This document shows, one piece after another, positions 12,801-25,109 of a stretch of 64,000 nucleotides of DNA. Each line of letters starts with the position of its first letter. Position 1 is the first letter of the stretch. Under the pieces are notes generated by a model, which was given only the letters and a program-made list of their open reading frames with translations, made no database searches and was not told where the DNA came from. The stretch comes from Isurus oxyrinchus. Its lineage: Eukaryota. The stretch spans positions 1,054,001-1,118,000 of the forward strand of contig JANJGN010000036.1 of assembly GCA_026770705.1 (NCBI GenBank). Reading direction: 5' to 3'. The position numbers were made by a program, and so were the translations under genes.

Positions 12801-13943
12801 CTGTGTGGAGATAATCTCAAACCTGTTCCGCATCCATTGCCTTAAAGACTGGAGGAAACAGATTAAATAATAACTTCTCTGAGGGAAACCGGATTATTAT
12901 ATGGATTTTGATGAACGGGATCCTGTTACATGATTATTGGAAAAAGGTGAGATTCATTGAATACCCTCTTTCTCTGCTGTATCACTCTATGATATTAAGA
13001 TGTCAGACAGGAACTTAAGGCGAGCCCAAGAACGTGTTTGTAAGACAAAGTCTCCCTCTCGGACAGAGGAAATCTTTAATTCGGTACAAATTATTAAATG
13101 CACTTTATACATAAATGGTTTACACACATAAACACGTACGTACATAAGTATATATAAAACATATATATTTTATATAGATAGGCAAATGCACACGCACATA
13201 TATAAACATGCGCGCACACACACACATACACCGATATACACGCACACACTCACGGGCACCCACACGCACTCTCTCTCTCACACAAACACATGACCACAAA
13301 CTGACAAATATCTTTATATGTGTCCATTGTTATCAGTTGTCCCGTGAACGTGCTTTAATTAGGAGACAGATTCTTAGCATCGAGTGAATTCCTGCAACTG
13401 ATCCTATGAATTAAAAACCTTCACTGAACAGATCACCAACTCATCTGTCCCTGTCTCTGCTACTTTGGCCCTTAGTCCAATATTTGTTTGGAGACCCCAG
13501 ATGAACGATACAAGTAGAGGGGCCACCGGTTCTCCTGGTTGCAATCAGCACCATGGCGTGACATCTGATGCTCTAGGTTCCATCCGCCTCCCTCGTACCG
13601 GGATTCTGTAAGTGGAGAGATTATAGTTAGATTGTCATTGGTTATTGAGGGATTGGAAGCACTGTCTTGAAAGACATAGAGTAATTTAAGAACAGTGACA
13701 TCATTACCTTTAATTATTCTCAGATTAAGTCTCTCATTTGATTTTCTTCGCCTGAAAAGAGGGACAAGTAAAGAAACTCATAGGATCAGGTGAAATGCCT
13801 TCACCTGTTCACTGGGTAACATTTTAAACTTAGTTAACCATGATTCTGGCAGATTGCAGTTTACCATTCTCATCCGTCTCTTATTCACCACAAACCCGCA
13901 GCACTTGGAAAACAAGTGTCTAATGCAGAGATCCCTTGGACAG
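9895..13943 (-). pseudogene. B1: pseudogene of the B-type V-C1-TM receptor
   Basis: Colinear with B2. Leader 13943-13889 has ATG->CTG and an in-frame TAG. V exon and 5' half of C1 deleted (junction ~13600). C1 remnant ~13445-13600 reads PGTREADGT*SIRCH...STCIVHLGSPNKYWTK. TM remnant ~11673-11775 has donor GT->GA. 31-nt cytoplasmic exon 11544-11574; further remnants at ~11250-11300 and ~9895-9942. Confidence 0.88.
10330..11150 (-). mobile_element. Degenerate CR1-type LINE fragment inside a B1 intron
   Basis: Reverse-strand RT C-terminal decay products (ccgcaccctctctatagctttcacatccttcc, caagttttgtgtaaacagctaat); absent from the corresponding B2 intron. Confidence 0.65.
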
Positions 13944-16080
13944 CTGGACGCGGTGATTTCACACTGTTTTCTCTCTCACCAGTTTGCTACCTCAGGCGGA
14001 GTTGCCGCAGACTGACCTGAGCTCAGTCCCAGTCAGTAACTCCACATTCAGATCCGGTGGAAATATGACAAGCTGTGCTGCTGAAAGTATTAAACTATTT
14101 TGGGTGAGGTGTCCTGGTGAGTGCCACATGCATTAGACATACTGTCGTCACCGTCTGTGTGTCATAGCTGTCAAGTGGTAAAATGCCACTCAAGTTGTCG
14201 CTGGAGGGTGCGGGGTTGGTGGAGGTGGTGGGGCCTGGGTCACAGAAAACTAATTGTATGGATGGGTTCTATATATTGTAGTTAAAGATTACTGAATTCT
14301 GGGCATGTGAGAGCCGTTGGCAAGGCAAGCATGTATTAACCATCCCTGGTTGACTCTTGAGGTGTTGGCGGTGAGCCACCATCTTGAACTGTTGCAGTCC
14401 ATGTGGTGTAGGTGCACCCACAGTGCTGCTAGTCAGGGAGTTACAGGTTTTTGACCCAGTGACAGTGAAGGAACCGCTGTTCTTATCAAGAATGCTTTAT
14501 GGCTGGGAGGGCAACTTGTGCTTGGTGGTGTTCCCAAGTATTTGCTGTCATAATACCTGAAGTTTGTTGGCGTCGCAGATTTGGAATGTGAACACCAAGA
14601 ATTCAGAGTGTTATATCATCGTACTCAGTATAATCAATTTTGTAAACAGTTGTACAAGATTCATGATAAAATCTGGTCAAGACAGAGACTGGAATATATT
14701 GGGTAAAATGTATGTGGACTGGTTTGAATTTTAATTACGAGTATCTCATTCTCTATATCACAAATTACGCAGAGATCTGGACTGGGATTCTAATGAATCA
14801 AGCCGGTCATTCACTGCAATTATCGAGAATCTAAATGAATTCAGTTCCACTCCTTCCGTGCATTGTCCACCTTTCTGTAAAGTCTGATTGAAAAGGTTTT
14901 CGACTGACTTATTCTATAATATAAAACGCCATTTGTGATTGACCGGAATTCAGTTTTCTGAGTTCATTGCCGTATTCTATTTACCAATGATTTATTGATT
15001 GACCCCCTGAAGAGATTTTCAAACAAGCATACATATTGCACTTTGCATTGTGCTCTAAGTGCGTTCACAGTAGTTCAATGGAAAATTAACTGCACAGCTA
15101 ATTTTCCATTGAACTTTGAAATAGCTGTTAAGCTCCTTTGATGTTACAGTTTACACATTTACATAGAATTTTCAGCATAGAAACAAGCTATTTGACCCGA
15201 CTGCTCGTGCTTGCGTTTTTGTTCTGCACGAGCCTCCTCCCTCCCCTTCTTCATCTCAGCATATCCTTGCATTCCCTTCTTCCGCATGTGCTTACCCAGC
15301 TTGCCACTTAAATGCAAATCTGCAAGTGCCTCATCCATTCCCTGTGGGAGTGGGTTCAACATTGTCCCCAACGCCCCAGGAAAGAATATTCTCCTGAATC
15401 CCAGACTGGATTCAACTAATATTAATGGCCCGACATTATAGAGGACCATAGAAATACAGGGCTAGGCCATTGGGCCTTTCGAGCCTGCTACACTATTCAA
15501 TCAGGTCATGGCGGATCTGGTAGTGGTCTTGACTCCACTTTCCTGTTGCCGCCCTTAGGCCTTGGCTTCCTTGCCAAACAAATAACTGTGCAACACGGGG
15601 CTTTGAATACATTCAAAGACTCAGCCGGCACTACATTCCACAGACCAGCTACCCATTGGGTGAATAACAATTCGTCATCTTTTTCTTAAAATGGAGACCT
15701 TTATGTTTGAATTCTACGGGATTCCCGATTGGATTTATTGAAGGCCAATATTGTTGAACACATGCAGAAGTAGAATCATCTTTCTTCAGACTGCCAAAAT
15801 AAACCACTTCACAATTTTTGAAGCATCGACTTAGTTACCCTTCAGTCTTCCCCTTTTTTTAGATTAAAGAGCTCCAGCCGGTTCATTCTTTCCAGATTTT
15901 TATAAGCTCTCAGTTCCTATATCATTCTTGTGAAACATTAACCGTACCCTTTCCAGTGCATCTGTATGCTTTCTAGAATATGCAGAGTTGTGTCCTGCAC
16001 TCCAGCTGTGGTCTAACTAATGTGAGAACAAAGCTGGTGTATTTTGTAAATCAGATGATAAGTGCGTGACAGCACTTGGA

Positions 16081-16110
16081 CCTGTAATAAACAGGAAAAC
16101 CGCAGAGAGC
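16081..16110 (+). promoter_or_regulatory. Candidate A1 promoter element: ETS core (CAGGAA) abutting a RUNX site (AACCGCA)
   Basis: ctgtaataaacaggaaaaccgca about 180 nt upstream of the A1 ATG. Related ctgta(a)aacaggaa motifs lie about 190 nt upstream of the C1 and C2 leaders (~27345, ~55130) and at ~42097. Confidence 0.5.
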
Positions 16111-16275
16111 TGCCTAACTCGGCAACATGTTTCAACCCCTATGGTGTATCTATGCATAAACCCAGAATGCCATTCAGGCTGCATATTTCATACCTCCTTC
16201 AGACCGAAAGGAGAGCAAGTTCTCAGTGAGATTCGGATCGGGGGCTCAGAGAATGACCATCTAAAGTCACGGGCA

Positions 16276-19200
16276 ATGAGCTTCCTTGCTGTGTATGCAT
16301 TGTCCCATCTCTTCCAGGGTGAGATATCTTAACATGTTCACATAGAGTGGAGCAGAGTTGGGATGGTGTAAATAAGGAGAAATTGTTTCCAATAGCAGGA
16401 GACCCGGCAACCAGAGGGACACAGATTGAAGAGAACCGGCAAAAGGACCAGAGGGGTTGGGAGAATGGGGACGAGAATATTTTTTCTTTACCCAATAATT
16501 GCTGTGATCTGGAAGGCTCTGCCTGAAAAGGTGATAGAAGCACATTCAACAGGAAATTTCAAAAGGGAAATTAGATGAGTACTCGATAGGGACACATTTG
16601 CAGGGATATGCGGGATGGCGGGGGGTGGTGGGGGTGTGGGGCTGTGGGGGTGGTGGAGGGGTGTAGTTGATGGGGGGGGGTGCAGAATGCGCGATAGCTG
16701 GATAGATCCCTCAAAGTGCCAGCATTCTGAAGGGCCGAATGGCCGCCGCATGTGCTGCACAGATCTATGAGATGCAATTCAGTTATCAGGTTCAATGCAA
16801 AAATCGAGCGAATATAATCAACAACTTGGGAACTGCATCGGTCAGGAACAATGAATGGAATTAATGGGAAACGTAACGTTCCCTGGAATAGGAGAGGTGA
16901 GTGGCTAGATCGACATTATTGGCGATTGAGAAGAGGACAGAGGTTCAAGTGTATTATTAGAGCGATTTATGATATCTGGAACAAAATAAAAAGCCCAAAT
17001 CTAACAAAGAAGAACAGGAAACGAAGGGAGGATGAGACAAGAAATATAAGAGTTCGAAAATTTAGATTTAAAGCAGTTCTTTTAAGTTATTAACTTCACA
17101 AAGTTCCCATTTGTGTATCCCAGTGTTTATCCCAGATTTACTGGTGATTGGACTCGGACTGTGCCTTGGAATGACAGGAATAGAACGGCGCAAACAACCA
17201 ATTGCGTGCGATTTTTTGATATGAACTATATATATTTTTAATGACCGTGCCTCCTCCCTATCGGGGTGTATTCGTCGGAGGCTAGCTTCGGGAGAGAGGC
17301 TGTGCGGGTGCGGGGTGGCGGATTGCACCCTAATCTGAGGTAACTTGTTTATTTCTGTCTTGCTCAGTTATTATGTCTCAACCCGTCTTGTCCCAGTCTC
17401 CACCGGTTCAGATACTCCCTGCGGGGAGTCGTGCTAAACTGAGCTGCCTCGTGGAGAGCTCAGTGGTTGGCTTCGTCTTGTGGTACAGACAATCGGAGAG
17501 AAACAACATGAAGCTGGTTTACACAGCGAGCAAGTACCTCCCCGCAGAGGGGAGGTTTTCCAGCAAGGCTGGTTGCAAAGTGAATAATTGTTCACTGCTC
17601 ATTGTGGATTCCCGGAGAGAAGATTCTGGAATATATTACTGTGCAATCCGTAATTTCACAAATATGGCCCGAATATTTGGAAATGGCTCCCAGTTAGTGA
17701 TTACAGGTAAATTTCATCATTATTCCATCGAATTGGGTATTTCTACAGCAATTAAAAGTATGTGGTTTGAACTCATAATGGTGTTTCTCTTTCATTTGCC
17801 AAATTTAGAGGGCTCCCCCACCATATTACTCCTCGCCCCGCCAGAGAATGAGATTCCCTCCATGGAAAGTGTCCCGTTGTTATGTTTGATCAGAGGATGG
17901 TCCCCCGATTCCTATTCCGTCCGCTGGAATGTTTCTGGACGGGATTCCGAGGGACAGACCGATTCTGGGACAATTGAGACTGACGGGACCTACACCATCA
18001 GGAGTTACACCAGCCTCTCGGCGGAATCTTGGAGAATTGGCGTTCTCTGTACTTGCACCATTCAAATCAACTCCAGTGAAAATCTTCTCAGTGCAAGTCT
18101 CTCATCTCAGAGAGGTAGCGATTAACAGTGACCGTTTAACAATTTATTTACTGCTGATGGCAGGTGTTGCCAATTTTGTAAATTAGAATTGTTCATTTTT
18201 CCGTGTGTGCCCATGTCGCATCATTTTATCATCGATCTATCATATATCTCTCCATCTTTCAGAGTTAAGCTTTCTGAAATTCTAACTCCATTTGTTCTCT
18301 CTACCTCAGAGGTCTATGGACGCTCTGTCACTGAGAAAGATTTTTGTGCACTAAGGGAATAAGGGATGTGGACAGGGCAGGAAAGTGCATTTAATCTGCA
18401 AGATTAACCATGGTCTTATTGAATGGCGGATCTCTTTGAGGCGCCGAATCATCTCCAGCTCCTATTTCCTGTGTTCTTGTGTCTGTCTAAGCATGGATCC
18501 ATGCTAATGGATCATTTGTCAGTGTGCAAAACTGAAAGGCGTGATTACATTCCCAGTGTACTACTTTGTCTCACCATTCCTGTGTTCAATTATCTATTCA
18601 TATCTCTAACTACTTAACATTCACAATATTCCTGTCTGTCTTAGTTAAGCAGTGAGATATAAAATATCTTCTCTATCCGTGTGTCTATCTGTTTATCTAT
18701 CTATCCATCTCTCTTGCTTCCTATGAAACAATCCATTCCTGTCCTAGTACAATTTAAGATAACTGCGTTATATATTTTTGTGCCTGACTCTCTCTCTCTC
18801 TGAAACCCTCTCATTACCGCTCCCCCTCTCTGTCTCTCCATGTCCCTCTCACTGTTCGCCTCATCACTTTCTCTCTCGCTCTCTGTCTTTATCTATTGAA
18901 AAATGTATTCATTTCTCTATCTATCTCACTCTACCTCTGTTTATCATGTCTATTTCTATAGTAGTTAAATGGTGCGTTATAAGAAATCTGGGACATTCAT
19001 CTATCTTCCCACCTGTCGATCTCTCTCCATCTCTCACCCTCTTTCTGTCTCTCTCTCTGTCTCTTTCGCTCTCTCTTTATCCCTTCTCATCCAGTTAAAA
19101 ATGTTCTATGTTTTATGCTCCATCTGTCACACACTCTTCTTTCTATCTCTAACTATCATGTCTTCATTCATTTCTCCGTCCATCTCTTTGTTCTGCTTCT

Positions 19201-21107
19201 CCCTCCTCTCCTTATCTCCATCTCCCATTTCTTCCTTTCTCCCCCACTCTTTCCAACTCTCCCCCTCCCTCTATCCCTCCCTCCCCATCTCTCCCAGACC
19301 CCAATTCCCGCTCCATCGAACTCTCACTCTCTCCCGTAGCCACCATCACTTCCTCTTTCTCCCCAACTTTCCCTCTCTCCCTTGCTCCCTCTCTGCACAT
19401 CTCTCCCTCTTCTCCTCTCTCCCCACCTCTCCCTCGCTCCCCCATTTTCTCTTTTCGCCCTCTGTCTCCCCAATCTCTCCTTCTATCCATATCTCTGCTC
19501 TCTCCATCTCTACTCCGTAAGTGATCTGCTCTCTGTATCACATTCTGCCCATCTCTCCCTTGCTTAACATTTATTTGCTATTAAAACAGTGCTCTATCTA
19601 CGTCTCCCTGTTATTCTCCCTCTATCTCTCTTTAGTTATCTCTCTTTGTTTGTCCTATTTAAATAGTGTTCCATAAGATCGCTGATCTCTCTCTCGCTTT
19701 CTCTCTCTTTATTTCAGCCTTAATAAACGTGAATTTATCTGTTTGTTTGTCACTCGCTCTCAGTATCCGATTCAAATAGCATTTTAGAGATCTCTTCTCA
19801 TTCTCCCTTTCTGTCTCTCTCTTTCTATCTACAGATATCTACCCTGTTTAAATAGAGCTTTATAAGATCTCTGCTGTCCCTTGCCATAGTCTCTCTATCT
19901 TTGTCTCTATCGCTTCTCTCTTTCAATCTCGTTCTACTTCTGTCCTATTTCAATATTGTTCTGTAAGGTCTCTGCTCCATTTCCAGATAATGAAAGATAT
20001 AAAAATCTATTCACGTCTCCAGGTGAAATCAGGCATCTAATTTGTGATTATTTTCCCCATATGTTTAATTAATTCTGCAAACTTCCTTTTAAAGTAAAGG
20101 GTTTATTTTTTTGCAGATTCTCCACTGTTTACCACCTGCAGCTTCCTGCTTTCCGCGGGTTTGCTGGCGACGGCGCTTCTCCTTGTGGGGGTAATCATTG
20201 TGGCCGGGAGAAGGAGTTGCCAGACCCGGCAGACAGGTAGGGATTTTTGGGAGATGCTGTAACTTCGCGGCGCTCTCAATACATTCATTTATCAATGGGT
20301 TATTGACACTTTCAGCCTTTTCGGATTGAAATGTCCTCATGCTCAGTTCAAATTTTACTTTCTAACAGGAAAAATGAAGAGTAATGAGGAAATGAAAGAT
20401 TGCAGAGAACAACGAGAGAATAAAGAGGTAAAAGAATTGAATTGTTGCCTTAAGCCTGGATACATTTCACAAAATGTTAGTCCTAGGTTTAAATTTCATA
20501 GTTATTGTGATCAATCTAGATAACTTTGCGTCATTGGTAGTACAGGATGGCAGAAAAAAAGCTTCAATTCTTCTCGTGGGGAAGATTAAGGGGTAATTTA
20601 ATCGAGAGTTTTAAAATGATAAAATCATATGATCGTGTCTGTAGAAATAAGCTCTTTGCCCTGGTGGCGCGGTTCTGGTGTTTGTGTGCGGGTTGAGTAG
20701 TAGGTGTTGGCGGGATGGAGTCCAGGACAAGGGTGCAGGACTTTAAAATTATCGGGATGTCATTCAGGGGTGATGTCAGGGTGCACTTTGTCCCACAAAG
20801 GTGAGTGGAAATCTGGAGCTCTCTCTCCTCAAAAGTTGTTGAGGCTGCGGGATCAATTGGAAATGCCAAATCTTAGATTGATAGAATTTTGTTGGGTACG
20901 GGGGTTAAGGATTATGGAACCAAGGTGGAAGTTATGGATGGAAGTTATGATACAGAACCGCCATGTTCTAATTGAATAGAGTGGAGGGGCTGAATGGTCT
21001 CCTGCTATCCCGATGATGATGGTGTTCGTTACATTAATAGATTCGTTTTTTTTTCCCCACAGACGCTTTATGCCCGCTTAGCCTTCAATCAGGATCCCAC
21101 ACTTTGA
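16276..21107 (+). CDS. A1: intact non-rearranging VJ-C1-TM immunoglobulin-superfamily receptor (TCR/IgL-like) with a cytoplasmic TxYxxL motif, ~303 aa
   Basis: Exons: leader 16276-16318 (MSFLAVYALSHLFQ), VJ 17368-17706, C1 17809-18114, TM 20117-20236 (DSPLFTTCSFLLSAGLLATALLLVGVIIVAGRRSCQTRQT), cytoplasmic 20369-20427 (GKMKSNEEMKDCREQRENKE), terminal 21063-21107 (TLYARLAFNQDPTL*). All introns GT-AG, phases 1,1,1,1,0, no stops. Confidence 0.88.
17368..17706 (+). CDS. A1 exon 2: germline-joined V-J Ig domain
   Basis: QPVLSQSP...AKLSC...LWYRQ...GRFS...EDSGIYYCAIRNFTNMARIFGNGSQLVIT: B- and F-strand Cys, WYRQ, DxGxYYC and FGxG all in one exon, no RSS. Confidence 0.93.
17809..18114 (+). CDS. A1 exon 3: C1-set Ig domain
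   Basis: EGSPTILLLAPP...VPLLCLIRGWSPDSYSVRWNVSG...DGTYTIRSYTSLSAESWRIGVLCTCTIQ; acceptor 17807-17808, donor 18115-18116. Confidence 0.92.
18780..19960. repeat. Long CT-rich low-complexity tract in the A1 C1-TM intron
   Basis: Imperfect (CT)n/(TCTA)n; a counterpart occupies the same intron of A2 (~49070-50030). Confidence 0.85.
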
Positions 21108-21729
21108 TTGGAGAGCAAGGAGGGAGAGAGAACTCACAGTCCTCCTCCCGAACACGACGTGTTGCAGACATTTTCCACCTTGGACGGGAAATTCCGAAAA
21201 TCCAACCGATGTAAATTCAGGCATATTCTTGGCGCAATTTACGATGTCGCCAAAAGTGGCAACAGAATAATCTCATAATGCCGGCTATTCTAACCATGAA
21301 ATATCGCCTGCAGTTCCACTCAAGCACTCCAGCTTTCTGTGATTTGGAATTGGCGTTTACTAATGCACTCTGCATCTTTATTCAGTATGTCAGCAAGATA
21401 TTATTCAAACAGGATTTACAATGTATCTTGCTCGCGTTACCAACATATTAAAACAGGTTTGAAAACCAATGTTAGCTGTGTGATAACAGTTTTTTGGATC
21501 ATTCAGAGCAGATGCACCCAGGGTATCTCTAAGGTCAATGTAGAAATACATTTTTAGAGCAAATTTTAGCAGGTTAGAAACAGGGTTAAGTACAACAAGT
21601 ACTGGATGGGAGTTTAGGCTGCAGCGTTAGTGGACCCCAAGCCTTCACTGGTTGTGTCCTGGTTTGAACATTGTTGTATGTACTCTTGAAATAGGATTGT
21701 TGACAACCCATCCACCTTTTTGTTAATAC

Positions 21730-23156
21730 TGCACTATATAAAAAGGAAAGTAGAGAGAAAACAAGGATTTATAGACCAGTCAGCTTAACGTCGGTAGTGG
21801 GCAAAATTCTAGCGTCCATTATAGAAGCTTTAATAGCTGAGCACGTAGAAAACAGTGTCAGAATCTGACAGAGTCAGCAGGGGTTTATGAAAGGGAAATC
21901 CTGCTTGACAAATCTACTGGAATTTGTCGAGAATGAAACTGGTAGATTTAATGAGGGGGAGCCAGTGGATGTGGTTTCCTTGGACTTCCAGACGGCTTTC
22001 GACAAAGTCCCACATGAGAGATTAGCTTGTAAAATTAAAGCACATGGGATTGGGGGTCATGTGTTGGGATGGATAGAAAACTGGTTGGCAGGCAGGAAAC
22101 AAAGAGTAGGTAGGAACGGGCTTTTTTCCGAATGGCAGGCAGTGAATAGTGGGGTACCGCAGGGATCGGCGCTGGGACCCCAGCTGTTCACAACTCATAC
22201 TAATCCTTTAGATAAGGGAGCTGAATATGATATTTCCAGATTTACAGGTGACACAAAGCTGGCTGGGAGAATGAGCTGTGCGAAGGATACAAAGATGCTT
22301 CAGGTTGATTTGGACAAGCTGAGCGAGTGGGCAAATCCATGGCAGATGTAAAGTACTGTGGATAAATGTGAGGTTATCCACATTGGTAGAAAAAACAGGA
22401 ACCCATGTTATTTCCTGAATGGCTATAAATTGAGAGAAGGGAATGTGCAAGGAGAATTTGGTGTCCTCACACACCAGTCATTGAATGTAAGCATGCAGGT
22501 GCAGCAGGCGGTGAAGAAGGCAAATGGTATGTTTGCCGTCATAGCAAAAGGATTCGAGTGCAAGGGCAGGGACGTCTAGCTGCAAGGGCCTCGATGAAAC
22601 CACACGTGGAATATTGTGAGCAGTTTTGGTCTCCTTAACTGAGGAAGGCTTTTCTTGCTATAGATGGAATGCTGCAAAGGTTAACCAGACTGATTCCTGG
22701 GATGGTGGGACTGACGTATGAGGAGAGATAGGATTATATTTCCTGGAGTTCAGAAGAATGAGGGGGGATCTCATAGAATCCTATAAAATTTTAACAGGGC
22801 TAGACAGGGTAGATGCAGGAAGGGTGTTCCAGATGGCGGGTGAGTCCAGAATCAGGGGTCATAGGTTGAGCATACGGGCTATACCATATAGGGTTGAGAT
22901 GAAGAGAAATTTCTTCAGCCAGAGAATGGTGAGCCTGTGGAAGTCGCTCCCACGCAAAGTAGCTGAGGCCAAAAAATTGTATGTTTTCAAGAAGGAGTTA
23001 GATATAGCTCTTGGGGTTAAAAGGATGTCAAAGGTTATGGGGAGAAAGTCGGAGAAGGCTATTGAGTTGGATGATCAGCCATGATCATAATGAATGGCTG
23101 AACAGTCTCGAAGGGCTCAGTGGCCTACTCCTGCTGCTTTTTACTATGTTTCTATG
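21730..23156 (+). mobile_element. 5'-truncated CR1 LINE (reverse transcriptase), decayed
   Basis: ORFs 21887-22351 (KSCLTNLLEF...LDFQTAFDKVPH...SGVPQGSALGP), 22358-22579, 22758-23084; tatgtttctatg tail; candidate target duplication TAATAC (21724-21729 / 23157-23162); absent from the paralogous flanks at ~6460 and ~51740. Confidence 0.92.
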
Positions 23157-24308
23157 TAATACAATTTAGTGCATTTTAGCGACCAAAGTCACTGGGTCAA
23201 AGGCACTTAAAACACAGGAGGAGGCTATTCGGCCCGTCACGCCGGTGCTGGCTTTTTGAATGTGCACTTTAGTACCACACCTCAGCTGTCTCTTTATGAC
23301 CCTATGAATTAGTCCCTTGTAACACACCGCCCGTTAAATGTTAGTCTCTTTCCTAAATACAGCACATCCCATTGGCTGTGATTGAAAGTGGCTTGCTGGC
23401 GATGTTAACAATTCACAAACATTGGCTGCTCACATTAGATTATCGGTCCAACGTGTGAGTAAATATGATGTTTAACTGAGATGTTGTAATCTATTTCCAT
23501 GACATTTTTCATCTTAACAGTATTAAAAATCTGCTCTGGATACAGTTGGTGCGCTGATTACTAGATATTTTTGTTGATGATTAAACTCTGGCCTGCAGAA
23601 AATATTGTAACTCCTATTCGTAGCAGATAGGAACATTTCTAAATTAACACAAACGTTGTTTTGTTGTCAAGACTCATTCTGCATAGACATTTTCAGAGTA
23701 TTTCCGGACACTTATCACAAGATGCAAATGGAAAAGCTCAACCTGCTAATCACAGTTCATCTGTCCGGCAAGGTTTTGTCATCTTCAACCTGCAGCAAAA
23801 TAACTTTTTCCTTAAAAATACCAGGGTTCTTTGCAAGCGTTTCCCTATTCTTCCCATCCAGAGAACCATTCCTGGCGCTGATAACTCTGTGTCTGATCGG
23901 CGTCCAGGCATCAATCTTCATAATATCTTGACCTATTAATCCCAGGGGCACATTGGAGCCATTCAGTCTCTCTGGTTGGACCTGGCATTCTATCTGTTCA
24001 TGGCTGAAGTTAGAAAATTGAGGTAGTTTAAGTACGTTCTGTGTGTATTTGTGTTTTTTAAGTATAATGTAGATATTTAAATTTAGTTTAATTTATATAT
24101 TTTTTCTATTTGTTGATTTATATGTGAATCGTGGGATCTAGTTACATTTTTGAATAGAGTTAGCAGGTCTAAGGCACTGTTTTTATACTTCCGTTTCCAA
24201 TCTGTTTTATGACACTTCAAGATAAGGTAAAACAATTGAAAGAGTAGAACAAACGGTGCAGCTGCCTAGCAATAGGCGTCCAGTAAGGGAGGCTATCGCA
24301 CACATGCA

Positions 24309-24309
<1 letters not shown>

Positions 24310-24348
<39 letters not shown>

Positions 24349-24395
24349 CACACACACTCGCAGAGAGACTCAGAGAGAGAGAGAGCGAGAGAGAA
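24310..24395. repeat. (CA)n-(GA)n microsatellite
   Basis: Direct reading; paralogous tract at ~52905-52955. Confidence 0.9.
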
Positions 24396-25109
24396 AGCAG
24401 ATGTTTGACTTCACTTGAAAGCAACTGCCAGAGAGAGATTAGAGAGCCGAGCTTCAGATAGCATGGCCCAAACTGAAGTTGCAGCCAGGAATCCGGATAA
24501 GCAATCTATGAGAAGGGGCTGCAGAGAGCAGATTTCCCAGAAGAACCGAAAGCTCCCAACCCCAAGAGCTGAGACAGAAACGTTACAAATTCCAAAGAAG
24601 GCGTTTTAGTCAAATGAAGGACAGGAACCTGAAGTGGAATTGATTGTATATGTGGATATGCTCATTTTAACGTGCAAATCTATCAGGACAGTCACAGCAA
24701 GGAAGCTTGGTTCACGTTGCATCTAAACCTCAGCTCTTCACGTGCAAAAACGGGCAGTTGCCAGTGAGGGAGAAACAGCATCAGACGCCAAGTCTGCTGG
24801 CCCCGAAGAAGGTGGTTAATGAACTGAATCATACAATTCGCATCCAAGTTTGAGCAGTTTTGACAGGAAATAGTTAATGAGTCCTTCGGAGACAGAATTA
24901 AAAAGGTTTGAATTTATAATTACGGGTTCAAATACATTAATGACGGAGTGGGTGGGTGTTTAGCTCATTATCACATTCTGAGACAGTTCACTGGTATAAG
25001 CTATTCTTCAAAATAAATCGGACAGAAGGCCTTATAACTGTGTTGCTAAAGTATTGCCTTAAATTTTAGTCATGGGTTATTTGGCGTGAGAATCTGATTG
25101 CCAATATTC

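Noticed and set aside
17373-18125. Single-exon 250-aa protein as given in the ORF track
   Set aside because: It spans a GT-AG intron (17707-17808) found at the same position in paralogues and lacks the leader at 16276.
18778-19567. Long Ser/Leu/Pro-rich ORFs (also 30080-30694, 47911-48536, 49349-50030)
   Set aside because: Microsatellite and low-complexity translation artefacts.
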